From positions 1 through 58,385 of the forward strand of contig JAFXVB010000023.1 of assembly GCA_017534945.1 (NCBI GenBank): 58,385 bases of DNA. Direction: 5' to 3'. Positions 29,306 to 38,564 of the stretch are shown piece after piece. Both the position numbers and the translations under genes were made by a program. The DNA comes from Alphaproteobacteria bacterium (GTDB taxonomy: Bacteria > Pseudomonadota > Alphaproteobacteria > Rs-D84). Within the stretch, counting starts at the first letter, position 1. Each line of letters starts with the position of its first letter. The notes under the pieces are model-generated. The model was not told where the DNA came from and did not search any database. It saw only the letters and a list, made by a program, of their open reading frames with translations.

Positions 29306-30872
29306 GGACTTTACTCCCAAAACTTTACCTACGAATCTGGAAGCCGAACAAGCGGTGTTGGCGGCTGTGTTGATGAATAATCGTGCTTTGGAAAAAGTCG
29401 GTGATTTTTTAAAACCCGAACACTTTTCACATCCTGCACACCAAGAAATTTATAAATTGGCATTGCGTCGTTTTGCGGCGGGCGTTCCTTTTGATATCAT
29501 TACGGCCAAAGATTATTTGACGCAACAGGGGACATTGGAAACCGTCGGTGGCATTAATTATTTGACTGAATTGTCTTCTGCTGGGGCGACGGTGGTAAAT
29601 GTTGAACAATATGGTCGAATTGTTTACGAAAACGCAATGCGCCGTCAATTGATTGCGCTGGGGCAATCAATTATGGATGATGCGTATGTTGAAAACCTAG
29701 ATAATCCTGTGGCGCGCCAATTGGAATGTGCGGAACAAAAATTGTTTGATATGGCGTCTGTTGGGGTTGCCGAACATGAACCTGCAACAATTGGTGTGGC
29801 ATTGCAAAGCGCATTGGAAGAAGCGCAAATTGCATACAAGGCCGATGGAAAATTATCGGGTTTAACCACTGGACTTACCAATTTGGATAAATCAATCAGT
29901 GGTTTGCATCACTCGGATTTAATTATTATTGCGGGTCGTCCTGCGATGGGTAAAACCACATTGGCGATGAATATCGCATTTAATGCGGCAAACGCAATTA
30001 TGACGGGACGCGCGAATAATCAATACAAAGGTGTGGTTGCGTTTTTCTCACTTGAAATGTCCGCATCACAATTGGCAACACGTGTTTTATCGTCCCAGAC
30101 AAAAATTCCGGCAACATCTATGCGTGAAGGTTCGTTGACTGATGAAGAATTTTTAAAAATGTCCCAATATTCCAAGGCAATCGCGCAAACGCCATTGGTT
30201 ATTGATGATACGGCGGGTATGTCTGTGCCTATGATTCGCACGCGTGCGCGGCGATTGGCGCGTAAATACGGTGGAATTGCATTGATTGTCATTGATTACC
30301 TGCAATTGATGATGTCGCCCGGTGGCAAACGAAGTGAAAATCGTGTCCAAGAATTGTCCGAAATTACTCGCGGTTTAAAAATGTTGGCCAAAGAGTTAGA
30401 TGTTCCTGTGATTGCATTGTCTCAATTATCACGCAGTGTTGAAATGCGTGATGATAAACGACCACAATTGGCGGATTTGCGTGAATCTGGATCAATTGAA
30501 CAAGATGCCGATATTGTTATGTTCACATATCGTGAAGAATACTATTTGGACAATCGTGATCCATCACAACGCATTTCTAATACAACATCACAAAACAGTG
30601 TTGAAACATGGCAAAGACGGCTTGAACGCGCCCGGGGCAAGGCGGATGTGATTATCGGTAAAAACCGTCATGGCCGACCCGAAACGGTTCGTTTGGCGTT
30701 TCTGGGTGATTATTGCCTGTTTGATAATTTGGATGAAATGGCGGAACGCAATACCGCACCATTACCCGGTGATTTCGCAGATACAGGCATCCCTGAACAA
30801 CATAATATTGTGCCAAATGACGATAATATTGGTGTTGATGTGTCCGCGATTCCTGATGATATACCATTATAA
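29304..30872 (+). CDS. dnaB: replicative DNA helicase, host type
   Basis: LPTNLEAEQAVL, AGRPAMGKT, FSLEMS, IDYLQL, LSQLSR, DLRESGSIEQDAD. Confidence 0.97.
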   Translation: MDFTPKTLPTNLEAEQAVLAAVLMNNRALEKVGDFLKPEHFSHPAHQEIYKLALRRFAAGVPFDIITAKDYLTQQGTLETVGGINYLTELSSAGATVVNVEQYGRIVYENAMRRQLIALGQSIMDDAYVENLDNPVARQLECAEQKLFDMASVGVAEHEPATIGVALQSALEEAQIAYKADGKLSGLTTGLTNLDKSISGLHHSDLIIIAGRPAMGKTTLAMNIAFNAANAIMTGRANNQYKGVVAFFSLEMSASQLATRVLSSQTKIPATSMREGSLTDEEFLKMSQYSKAIAQTPLVIDDTAGMSVPMIRTRARRLARKYGGIALIVIDYLQLMMSPGGKRSENRVQELSEITRGLKMLAKELDVPVIALSQLSRSVEMRDDKRPQLADLRESGSIEQDADIVMFTYREEYYLDNRDPSQRISNTTSQNSVETWQRRLERARGKADVIIGKNRHGRPETVRLAFLGDYCLFDNLDEMAERNTAPLPGDFADTGIPEQHNIVPNDDNIGVDVSAIPDDIPL

Positions 30873-30949
30873 TTTTCTGTACAGATTTTACTTGCCAAGT
30901 ATTTAAAAATTGACTAAACTTTTGTCAAGTATTCCAAGGAGTCAATAAT

Positions 30950-31957
30950 ATGGCACAAGAAGAAATCATTTTTCCAAATAATATACGAACAATCCGTTTG
31001 AACAACGGCATGAAAATGACGGAACTGGCGCGTAAGACCGGTTTAAGTTTGTCTGCTGTATCAAAAATAGAAAAGGGTGTTCGTCGTTTAAACCAAAAAC
31101 AGTTATTAAACATCTGCAATATTTTGGGTTGCAAACTGTCTGACATTTTCATCAAAGAATCTGATGCGGTTGCTGATAAATGGCAAACTGAAATTAAACG
31201 CCGTTTGAACGATAACGAACATGGCGGGTTAAAGGTTTTTGGTTCTGGATTGCGTAAAATCCGTCAATTACAGGGCAAAACCATTGCCCAGGCGGCCAAA
31301 GATGCCGGTATGACTTTATCTGTGTACCATAAAATTGAGATTGGCCAACGCGAAATTTATAAAAACGAAGTTGAACCTTTGGCAAAATCTTTTGCTTTAT
31401 CCGCCGAAGGCATGTTCGATAAAATCGCAAATCTTTATAAATCTGGCGAATTAACCAAACAGATAAACAAGGTCAAAGAACGTGTTAAATCTGTTTTGAT
31501 TCCTGATAATCCTGTATCTGGTATTGATATGCATGATGGATTATATGGTGCGAAATTATATGACAGTGCGCGCCGAAAATTGGTACCGGTGTTTGGGTCG
31601 CCTGCGGGTCGTGCAATTTCCTTTAAAAGAAATGATAAGGTTATGATTGTCGCGCCGGCATCACTTGAAGGTCGCAAATCAATTTACGCTGTTATTCCAA
31701 ATTCAAAACGCACAGGTGGTTTTATTCCTGAAAAATCGTATGTGTTTGTTGATGCAATGCAACCGGCCAATGCGGGTGATTTGGCATTATGTTTTGATGC
31801 TGATTTTGCAAAATTGGGTGCCGAAGATGTCATCAATGCTCAACTTGCGATTATACATGCCGATGCCAAGGGCAAATTATACGGCGCGATTGTTGACCCT
31901 CAGGAAAAAATTTACGCCAAAACCATGCATCGTGTTGTTTTGATTTTGACCGAATAA
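30950..31957 (+). CDS. XRE-family regulator with two HTH domains and a C-terminal S24-like region
   Basis: IRTIRLNNGMKMTELARKTGLSLSAVSKIEKG; LRKIRQLQGKTIAQAAKDAGMTLSVYHKIEIG. Confidence 0.85.
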   Translation: MAQEEIIFPNNIRTIRLNNGMKMTELARKTGLSLSAVSKIEKGVRRLNQKQLLNICNILGCKLSDIFIKESDAVADKWQTEIKRRLNDNEHGGLKVFGSGLRKIRQLQGKTIAQAAKDAGMTLSVYHKIEIGQREIYKNEVEPLAKSFALSAEGMFDKIANLYKSGELTKQINKVKERVKSVLIPDNPVSGIDMHDGLYGAKLYDSARRKLVPVFGSPAGRAISFKRNDKVMIVAPASLEGRKSIYAVIPNSKRTGGFIPEKSYVFVDAMQPANAGDLALCFDADFAKLGAEDVINAQLAIIHADAKGKLYGAIVDPQEKIYAKTMHRVVLILTE

Positions 31958-31980
31958 TAATTTGATGGAGGGGGAAAAAC

Positions 31981-32640
31981 ATGAAACCAAAAGCAAATCT
32001 TGTCGCACAAAGATTGGTTAACCTGTATCGTCAAGAACACGTAATTCTGGGCGGATGGGCTGCGTTAAACCCTATCTTTGTTAATGAAGCCACCGAAGAT
32101 GTCTTGATTGAAATGGCGGATTTGCCGACGGGTAAAATGTTGGTTCAGCACATTAAAAATTTGCGCAGTGGAAAAACCCCTATGGATTCGATTGACCGAA
32201 ATCTTTTGCCATATGGCGGTTTGATGGCGGAATCTGCGGTTACCATGCCATTGGATGAAAAACAATGGATTGATTTAGAAAACGCAATCAATAATTTTAC
32301 ACCAACTCAACAAGGTTTAATTGATTTACAAAAATTGGATATCATCAAAAGATTTGGTGACGAATGGTTGGTTGCAATTAAAACAATTTTATCTGGTCGT
32401 CCTGAATTATTACCAAAATGGAAAATTGTCATGCAAACATATCGCGCATATCATTTGTGGGATATGGCGACCCAAATTATAAATCAACCATTAACAGAAC
32501 GTGCGCGCGCACAAATTCAGGCTGATATGCCTGAATATGAAACTTTTTTGCCTATGTTCGCAGATGAAGGTAAAAAATTATTAGAACGTCTGCGTACATT
32601 TATGAAGGAAACCAAACACCCAGATACCCAACAAGATTAA
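31981..32640 (+). CDS. hypothetical protein
   Basis: GGAGGGG SD; 219 aa. Confidence 0.75.
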   Translation: MKPKANLVAQRLVNLYRQEHVILGGWAALNPIFVNEATEDVLIEMADLPTGKMLVQHIKNLRSGKTPMDSIDRNLLPYGGLMAESAVTMPLDEKQWIDLENAINNFTPTQQGLIDLQKLDIIKRFGDEWLVAIKTILSGRPELLPKWKIVMQTYRAYHLWDMATQIINQPLTERARAQIQADMPEYETFLPMFADEGKKLLERLRTFMKETKHPDTQQD

Positions 32641-33254
32641 TCGTCATCATCGCTTGTTCTGTATATTGTATCCATTGTATGCGGGGTTCCAATATAAATC
32701 ATTGTGCCGTTTGGTGATAAAATAAAATCCAATTCTCGTAATTTTTCGCGTAATGCTTCGCGCTTTTGTGGGGTGTTGGAAGTATTTGGAACTTCCACAT
32801 CATCGCATATTATTAAATCTGCGCGCATACCGGTAATATTGCCATGTATTCCTTGGCAAATAACAGACGGTTCACGAATCCCAATTGGACGATTTATTGT
32901 TATTTTATCATTTGCCCACTCTTTTTTTGGATTTGGAACCATATCGAAACACAGCGGATGGTTTTCTAATATATTTTTAATATGTTGAACCATGCGTGCC
33001 GCCAATACAGTATGTGCCGACAAAACCAATATTCTGGTTTTTGGACGTAAATATAAAATATACGCCGCAAATATTCCAACAATGGTAGATTTACCAGAAT
33101 GTCGAAACGCCATCAACAAACCTCTATGATTTGGTGATTGCCATACATCATACAAAAAATTTAACATATCTTTGTGGTGTTTTGGTGTTTTATATCCCAA
33201 AATATCATTCCAAGAATCAGCAAATTGGTGGACTTGTGTAAGCATTTTATCCAA
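32637..33254 (-). CDS. terminase large subunit, N-terminal ATPase half
   Basis: LMAFRHSGKST (Walker A), ADLIICDDVE (Walker B), IYIGTPH. Confidence 0.88.
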   Translation of the reverse strand: MDKMLTQVHQFADSWNDILGYKTPKHHKDMLNFLYDVWQSPNHRGLLMAFRHSGKSTIVGIFAAYILYLRPKTRILVLSAHTVLAARMVQHIKNILENHPLCFDMVPNPKKEWANDKITINRPIGIREPSVICQGIHGNITGMRADLIICDDVEVPNTSNTPQKREALREKLRELDFILSPNGTMIYIGTPHTMDTIYRTSDDDD

Positions 33255-33594
33255 CTATATCATCAACTCGTGAAAGTAATTTTTTCAATAAATTTGGTTT
33301 GTTTGTTTTTATATTTTTTAATTTTTCTAAATTATCCTTTTTTTTATCTTCAAAAGATTGTGCTGTTTCATCCCGCATACGACGCAAAACCGCGCCTGTC
33401 ATAGTGTTGGACGCGGATACGCCACTGGCGCCGTATTTGGCGCGTTGCGAAGCCAATGCTTTTTTTATTAAATTAGTTTTATTTTGTTCGTCATTTGCTA
33501 TTTTTTGCAAAATTTCCTGACGTTGGTTATTTGCAGATTTTTTTGTTTTTTGATAATTCAAAATTTCGTTAACATCGGATACCAATTGTCCCAT
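33247..33594 (-). CDS. phage virion protein (internal-virion-like)
   Basis: ALASQRAKYGASGVS motif; position after tail tubular B. Confidence 0.55.
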   Translation of the reverse strand: MGQLVSDVNEILNYQKTKKSANNQRQEILQKIANDEQNKTNLIKKALASQRAKYGASGVSASNTMTGAVLRRMRDETAQSFEDKKKDNLEKLKNIKTNKPNLLKKLLSRVDDIVG

Positions 33595-33612
33595 TTTTAT
33601 CTCCTTTTTGTA

Positions 33613-35325
33613 TTAAATTTCGTATTGTCCATAAATTGTCACAGAAAAAACTGTAATCGGCATAGGTTCATCGCCATGTAATGTCCACAGTGGTGTTGAT
33701 TCATCTATTTGTGAACCCAACATATTCATAGATATATCACCAGAAAATCCTGGGGATGACGGCAAATAAACTTCGTTTGGTAATTCAATACGCATATTGT
33801 TTATAAAAGCGCTTTTGGTATTCATCAAACGTAAACTTATTTTGCGCAGACGTAAATGTACCGGACGATGTCCAGAAAAATTCATAGGCACCCCCGATGC
33901 ACTAAATTCAATTTTATAAGTTGTTGAATCTGTCAAAGCAGTATGCGAAAATTTTGCCAGTTTATATGTGCTATTGTTTTCTATAATAACAAAAGTTTCG
34001 CCGCCACTGATTGCCACAGATGTAAATTTTCCGTATGTTGTATATCGTGCCCATGCAGAAATCCCAAGATTAGTGTTTTGGTTTAATACGGCTATATCGC
34101 CATTTTTATTCACAATATACAACTGTTTTGATACTTTGTTATATGCAATATCTGTTGGTTCATTAATCAAGTGTTTGGCAAAAATACATAAGTCATCAGC
34201 GTTATATTTATCACCCAAAGTATCCAAAGATAATTTACGAATATCTTTCATAGTATTGGATACAAAAACAGTTTCGCCTTCGATTTTTTGTGGCGTCAAC
34301 GAATATCCTGTGACACTTCCAACTGTTGTATGCTGTTTGATGTTTATATTGGATGGGGTAAGTGGTTGATTGGCGATTGCCCATTCTCCATGTGATGTTA
34401 AGACCTGTAATTTATCGCTACTGATTAAATTACATATTTCTTGTCTTTCTTTGGATAATAATGTTGTTGTAATTGCTTCGTCATCTAAGCCTGTGCCGGC
34501 ATTAAAATTATGGTGTTCACCTGTTTGTGACATCCAAATACCACCGGGATTATAATATGTGCCACCAAATACCAATCTATCTTGGTGAAAAGTCACAGAA
34601 CGTGGCCATCCATGACGCGAATCAAACGCACTTTCTAACCAATCAGTAATAGCGGTTCCTGGTAAAGTATATTCTTCCACACTTTTAGCATAGACCACAG
34701 TTGGATTGACATATTCAATAATTTCCCATGTTTGATTTCCAAATTGCACAATTGTTCCAACATTTGATGATGTCCAATAATTGCCAGATGCAGTAAATAC
34801 CGCAGACATTGACCCATATGGGCCACTGGTAAGTGTGATTGAAATGCCGCGCATTTCATCATATTTCATTAAAGGAAATTGTGGGTATATTCCTGTGGAG
34901 TCATAAAAACTGAATATCCCCAAAGAAAAACTGTTGCCACTTTTTGTTAAAATATATGGGCAAATATCCGGATGAACAAAAATCATAGAATCACCACGAC
35001 CTGTGAATTGTATTTTTGATAAAGATTCCGTTGACCATGGCGATACTAATGTTTGCACTAATGTATCATTGGAATAAATTGATACTGTAAAATTAGTAAA
35101 TACCAATATATAATTTTCTTGTTGTGAAATATCAAACGAAAATATACGTGCCGCACCAGATAATACAGCAACATCAACCAATCCCGGACGTAATGTCAAT
35201 CCGCCACCGGCCAATACATCCATGTTTTCCAAATGTGCCAACCCAGATATATTTTTGTTCAAGTAAAATTCAGGTGCAATTTCACCATTTGCAAAAGAAT
35301 TTTGTGTATGTATAAATTCTGTCAT
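33613..35325 (-). CDS. tail tubular protein B / stabilisation protein
   Basis: QNSFANGEIAP, GWPRSVTFHQDRLVFGG, WMSQTG. Confidence 0.85.
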   Translation of the reverse strand: MTEFIHTQNSFANGEIAPEFYLNKNISGLAHLENMDVLAGGGLTLRPGLVDVAVLSGAARIFSFDISQQENYILVFTNFTVSIYSNDTLVQTLVSPWSTESLSKIQFTGRGDSMIFVHPDICPYILTKSGNSFSLGIFSFYDSTGIYPQFPLMKYDEMRGISITLTSGPYGSMSAVFTASGNYWTSSNVGTIVQFGNQTWEIIEYVNPTVVYAKSVEEYTLPGTAITDWLESAFDSRHGWPRSVTFHQDRLVFGGTYYNPGGIWMSQTGEHHNFNAGTGLDDEAITTTLLSKERQEICNLISSDKLQVLTSHGEWAIANQPLTPSNINIKQHTTVGSVTGYSLTPQKIEGETVFVSNTMKDIRKLSLDTLGDKYNADDLCIFAKHLINEPTDIAYNKVSKQLYIVNKNGDIAVLNQNTNLGISAWARYTTYGKFTSVAISGGETFVIIENNSTYKLAKFSHTALTDSTTYKIEFSASGVPMNFSGHRPVHLRLRKISLRLMNTKSAFINNMRIELPNEVYLPSSPGFSGDISMNMLGSQIDESTPLWTLHGDEPMPITVFSVTIYGQYEI

Positions 35326-35340
35326 AACATACCTCCTTTT

Positions 35341-35859
35341 TTAAAATCTGGCATTAATCAAAGAAAATTGCTCTATCCCAGAATTTATATCTGTGGTGGA
35401 ATCTATAAACTTTGCATTTTGAAATTCTGCTTCATATAAATTGATAAGTGTTCTTAACATTTGTTGACTGCCGGTAAGTGGTATACAAAATTCTATCGCT
35501 AATTTAGTAGCAGCCAACGCAACAAAATAACTTGGAAATTTTTCTGTGCTTACACGCATAATGGCCATCATTTGAACATTATCTGTATTTGCACAAATTT
35601 GATTTCCATATATTCGACCATTACAATGCAAAATCCTTAGTACATTTTCAGGAATAATAAATTCATTGTCTTGATTTTTTTCAATTGATAAATTTTGTGT
35701 GGCGAAACGCCATGGATGATTTGACAACAAAGCATCAATTACTATGTCATATAATGTTCTGGCTAATTGTGCAGAAGCACTGTCTGTATTAAGTGATACC
35801 AACGGTTTTTCGCCCAACTTTAACAATGCCATAGAACATAAATCTAATTTCGTAAGCAT
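35341..35859 (-). CDS. tail tubular protein A / adaptor
   Basis: LDLCSMALLKLGEKPLVSL, HPWRFA, FPSYFV.LAA.KLA. Confidence 0.85.
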   Translation of the reverse strand: MLTKLDLCSMALLKLGEKPLVSLNTDSASAQLARTLYDIVIDALLSNHPWRFATQNLSIEKNQDNEFIIPENVLRILHCNGRIYGNQICANTDNVQMMAIMRVSTEKFPSYFVALAATKLAIEFCIPLTGSQQMLRTLINLYEAEFQNAKFIDSTTDINSGIEQFSLINARF

Positions 35860-35875
35860 ATTTATCCTTTTTAGT

Positions 35876-35906
35876 AAAAAGATAGTGGGACAAATATCCC
35901 ACTATC
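35876..35906 (-). terminator. terminator after the capsid genes
   Basis: GATAGTGGGA-caaata-TCCCACTATC plus T5 on the minus strand. Confidence 0.7.
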
Positions 35907-35932
35907 ATATTAAGTTTGTTTTATAGTTTATA

Positions 35933-36163
35933 TTAAGACAATGCATCTACTGTCACAGTATCGCTTGCTACTGCTATTGTCATGATGGATGTGCCGTCTG
36001 ACGCATTGATTATGATAATATCGCCAGTATTCATTAATGTCGCAACATTGTTGAAATACCCACTCGCAGAAATTGCGGTCAATGTTTCATCCGCGGCATA
36101 GTGCCACAAAGTAAAACCATTTGCATACGCAATTACAGATAATTTTTTATTTTGAAATGCCAT
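35933..36163 (-). CDS. small phage protein after the capsid gene (decoration-like)
   Basis: LSVIAYANGFTLWHY...GYFN...GDIIII. Confidence 0.7.
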   Translation of the reverse strand: MAFQNKKLSVIAYANGFTLWHYAADETLTAISASGYFNNVATLMNTGDIIIINASDGTSIMTIAVASDTVTVDALS

Positions 36164-36202
36164 CTGTTTTCCTTTTGGTTATTTGTTTTATATAGAGTGT
36201 TG

Positions 36203-37024
36203 TTATGCGTTATCTTTACATTTAAGACGAACGATTCCATCTTGATCAATCAAGACTGCGCCTTGGGACATGCTGTTGCTAATAAAGTGCGCCGCACGTT
36301 CACCATGCCAAGTAATATCTGTTTTGACTTCTTGACCGCATGCATGACCAATACTGGACGCATGATATATAAAGCAACTGCGTTCTGTTGTATTGCTTAA
36401 CGGCAAATCATTGTGCAAAACCCATGTGATGCCCAACCATTTTCTGGCTTCATAACCTTTGACCATTGGATTGTCGCCAACATAATCTGCTGACACAAAT
36501 TCAGTAATGCCCAACAATTCGTTCCATTGATGAACACCAACAACACCGAATCTGCGGCCATCATCTGGAACATCTTTTTCGTTTAATTTTTCGATTGCTT
36601 GCAAAATCATCGATTTGCTTAAACCGGCTGAAAAGTTGCCAACATATGCGGTGGCACCGTTCATTGCATCAATAATTAATTCATCTGTTTTGCGACCCAA
36701 TGCATACGCACCAGCCGAAGCAACAACACGACGTTCATCAATATTGGTTTTCAATTCATCCAAACTATCAACCCAATCACCAGCATAGTAATCCTGTAAA
36801 ACACATTCCACAGGTTGATGATTCAAATTCATAACTGGCACAATACCATGTCTGGATTTTGTGCTGGCGGTGCCGCGTCCAATTGTTTGGAAAGTTGTAG
36901 ATTGTCCCACAACACCAGATTTGCTGCGAATTGTAGAACGTAATTTTGTGCCCATTTGCTGATAAGCCAAATGAACATCTGCTTCAAATTGTTTCACAAA
37001 AACTTGATCGATAGAAACAGACAT
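36203..37024 (-). CDS. major capsid protein
   Basis: IDQVFVKQFEADVHLAYQQMGTKLR, YAGDWVDSLDELK, AYALGRKTD; AAGGA SD. Confidence 0.88.
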   Translation of the reverse strand: MSVSIDQVFVKQFEADVHLAYQQMGTKLRSTIRSKSGVVGQSTTFQTIGRGTASTKSRHGIVPVMNLNHQPVECVLQDYYAGDWVDSLDELKTNIDERRVVASAGAYALGRKTDELIIDAMNGATAYVGNFSAGLSKSMILQAIEKLNEKDVPDDGRRFGVVGVHQWNELLGITEFVSADYVGDNPMVKGYEARKWLGITWVLHNDLPLSNTTERSCFIYHASSIGHACGQEVKTDITWHGERAAHFISNSMSQGAVLIDQDGIVRLKCKDNA

Positions 37025-37207
37025 ATTTATTCCTTTTGTTAAATTAAAAAAAACATGGTGCAAAAAATTGCACCGACCAAAGATTGATTTTTGTTTTTTT
37101 GATTATGCAAACATAACATTTGCGTCATATAACAAAATGCGGGGTCTGTAAAAGATTGTCCTGCAACAGTTTTAGTTAGACTAATTATTCATCTAACTAA
37201 AATTATT

Positions 37208-37233
37208 AAAAAACCCGCAATTTCTTGCGGGTT
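37208..37233 (-). terminator. terminator after the histone-like gene
   Basis: AACCCGCAA/TTGCGGGTT plus T tract. Confidence 0.75.
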
Positions 37234-37254
37234 AAATTGACTTAAAAGAAAATA

Positions 37255-37575
37255 TTATTTTCTTTTTGCCGCTTTTTTGCATGCGCATTTTTTCGCAGGT
37301 GCTTTTTTAGCAACAGCTTTCTTAGCAACTGGTTTTTTTGCAGCAACTTTTTTAACCGCTACTTTCTTAGCAGCTGGTTTTTTAGCAACTACTTTTTTTG
37401 CAACTGGTTTTTTCGCAGCAACTTTTTTTGCAGGTGCTTTTTTTGCAACTGGTTTTTTAGCAGCTGGTTTCTTTGCAGCTACTTTTTTAGCAGCTGGTTT
37501 TTTTGCTGCAGGTTTTTTAGCAGCAGGTTTAGCGGCAGGTTTAGCAGCTTTTTTTGCTGAAAATAAGAATGCCAT
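37255..37575 (-). CDS. histone H1-like (HC2/AlgP-type) Lys/Ala-rich protein
   Basis: KKPAA/KKVAA pentapeptide repeats; AGGAG SD; TGGACT-17-TAGAAT promoter at 37629-37657. Confidence 0.85.
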   Translation of the reverse strand: MAFLFSAKKAAKPAAKPAAKKPAAKKPAAKKVAAKKPAAKKPVAKKAPAKKVAAKKPVAKKVVAKKPAAKKVAVKKVAAKKPVAKKAVAKKAPAKKCACKKAAKRK

Positions 37576-37686
37576 TCTTCTCTCCTTTTTATGTTTTGGA
37601 TAGAACAAATTTTTTTGTTCTTACTTATATTCTATATGAAAAGAAAATAAGAGTCCAGAAAAAATTATTTTTTTATTTAATTTTTT

Positions 37687-38355
37687 TTAATTTTTTTCAT
37701 TTGAATATAATTTTTTAAAACCATTTTCAATTTTACGAACATATTCAGGATCCGCATCACGCCAATATTTTGGATCGCGCATCATGCGTCTTAAATCTGC
37801 GTCTGTTAAATTTTCTTGCACATCAATATTTGTTTCGATGTGTGGTTCCATTGATTGCATCATCGCGTACACACCTTGGATTCCGCTGGCGCTGGAACAT
37901 AATGATTCAAATGCATCGTGTGGTAAAAATTTTTCACCAAATGTATTTATCGCAGATAAAGCATCGTTCATTTTATCGCGTGACCCAAAAAATTTTTCCA
38001 ATTTTGAAATTTCATCTGTTTCATTTTTAACAGAAAATAATTCTGTGATGACGGGTGATAAAAATTCTTCTGCTACGGAATAAATTTGTTCAACTTGATG
38101 TGATGTTAATCCCATATCATGAAATTTTTGTTTAATCGATTCGTCATCGAACAAATCATTTTTTGGATAATCATCCGCATTTTCTGGCACACCAATTGCA
38201 CGATTAAATTTTTCGCGCGTGACTTTATCGTCATCATTATGTGGCACAGATATCATACCACCAATTTTCTTTTCCAATTCATTATAAGATTTTAATAACG
38301 CATCAACATTGGTTGTGCCATCATCGTTTTGAAATTTTTCTGGTACTTTTTGCAT
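37687..38355 (-). CDS. capsid assembly (scaffold) protein
   Basis: VPEKFQNDDG..NVDALLKSYNELEKKIG; MMRDPKYWRD. Confidence 0.8.
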   Translation of the reverse strand: MQKVPEKFQNDDGTTNVDALLKSYNELEKKIGGMISVPHNDDDKVTREKFNRAIGVPENADDYPKNDLFDDESIKQKFHDMGLTSHQVEQIYSVAEEFLSPVITELFSVKNETDEISKLEKFFGSRDKMNDALSAINTFGEKFLPHDAFESLCSSASGIQGVYAMMQSMEPHIETNIDVQENLTDADLRRMMRDPKYWRDADPEYVRKIENGFKKLYSNEKN

Positions 38356-38557
38356 TTGTTCTCCTTTTTGTATCCTTTGATTTACGCAAGAAATAAATTC
38401 CGCCAAGTGTGAATACAGATTGCATGGTCATAAACAAATCTGCATCGCCAACTAAATAAGCCGCGATGGCGGATAAAATTCCAACGCCTGATAATATATA
38501 TGTTCTGTGTCCGGCCAAGAATCCGCCATGAATAATTTTTTGTATTTTCATTTCCAT
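38321..38557 (-). CDS. putative holin
   Basis: GFLAGHRTYILSGVGILSAIAAYLVG; two TM segments and a basic tail. Confidence 0.55.
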   Translation of the reverse strand: MEMKIQKIIHGGFLAGHRTYILSGVGILSAIAAYLVGDADLFMTMQSVFTLGGIYFLRKSKDTKRRTNAKSTRKISKR

Positions 38558-38564
38558 TTTTCCA

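Noticed and set aside
36203-36260. T7 gp10-style programmed frameshift at the capsid end
   Set aside because: No convincing slippery sequence, and the next ORF has its own SD and start.
37255-37575. CRISPR-like repeat array
   Set aside because: The repeats are degenerate 15-bp coding units without spacers; no CRISPR array or cas gene was seen in the window.
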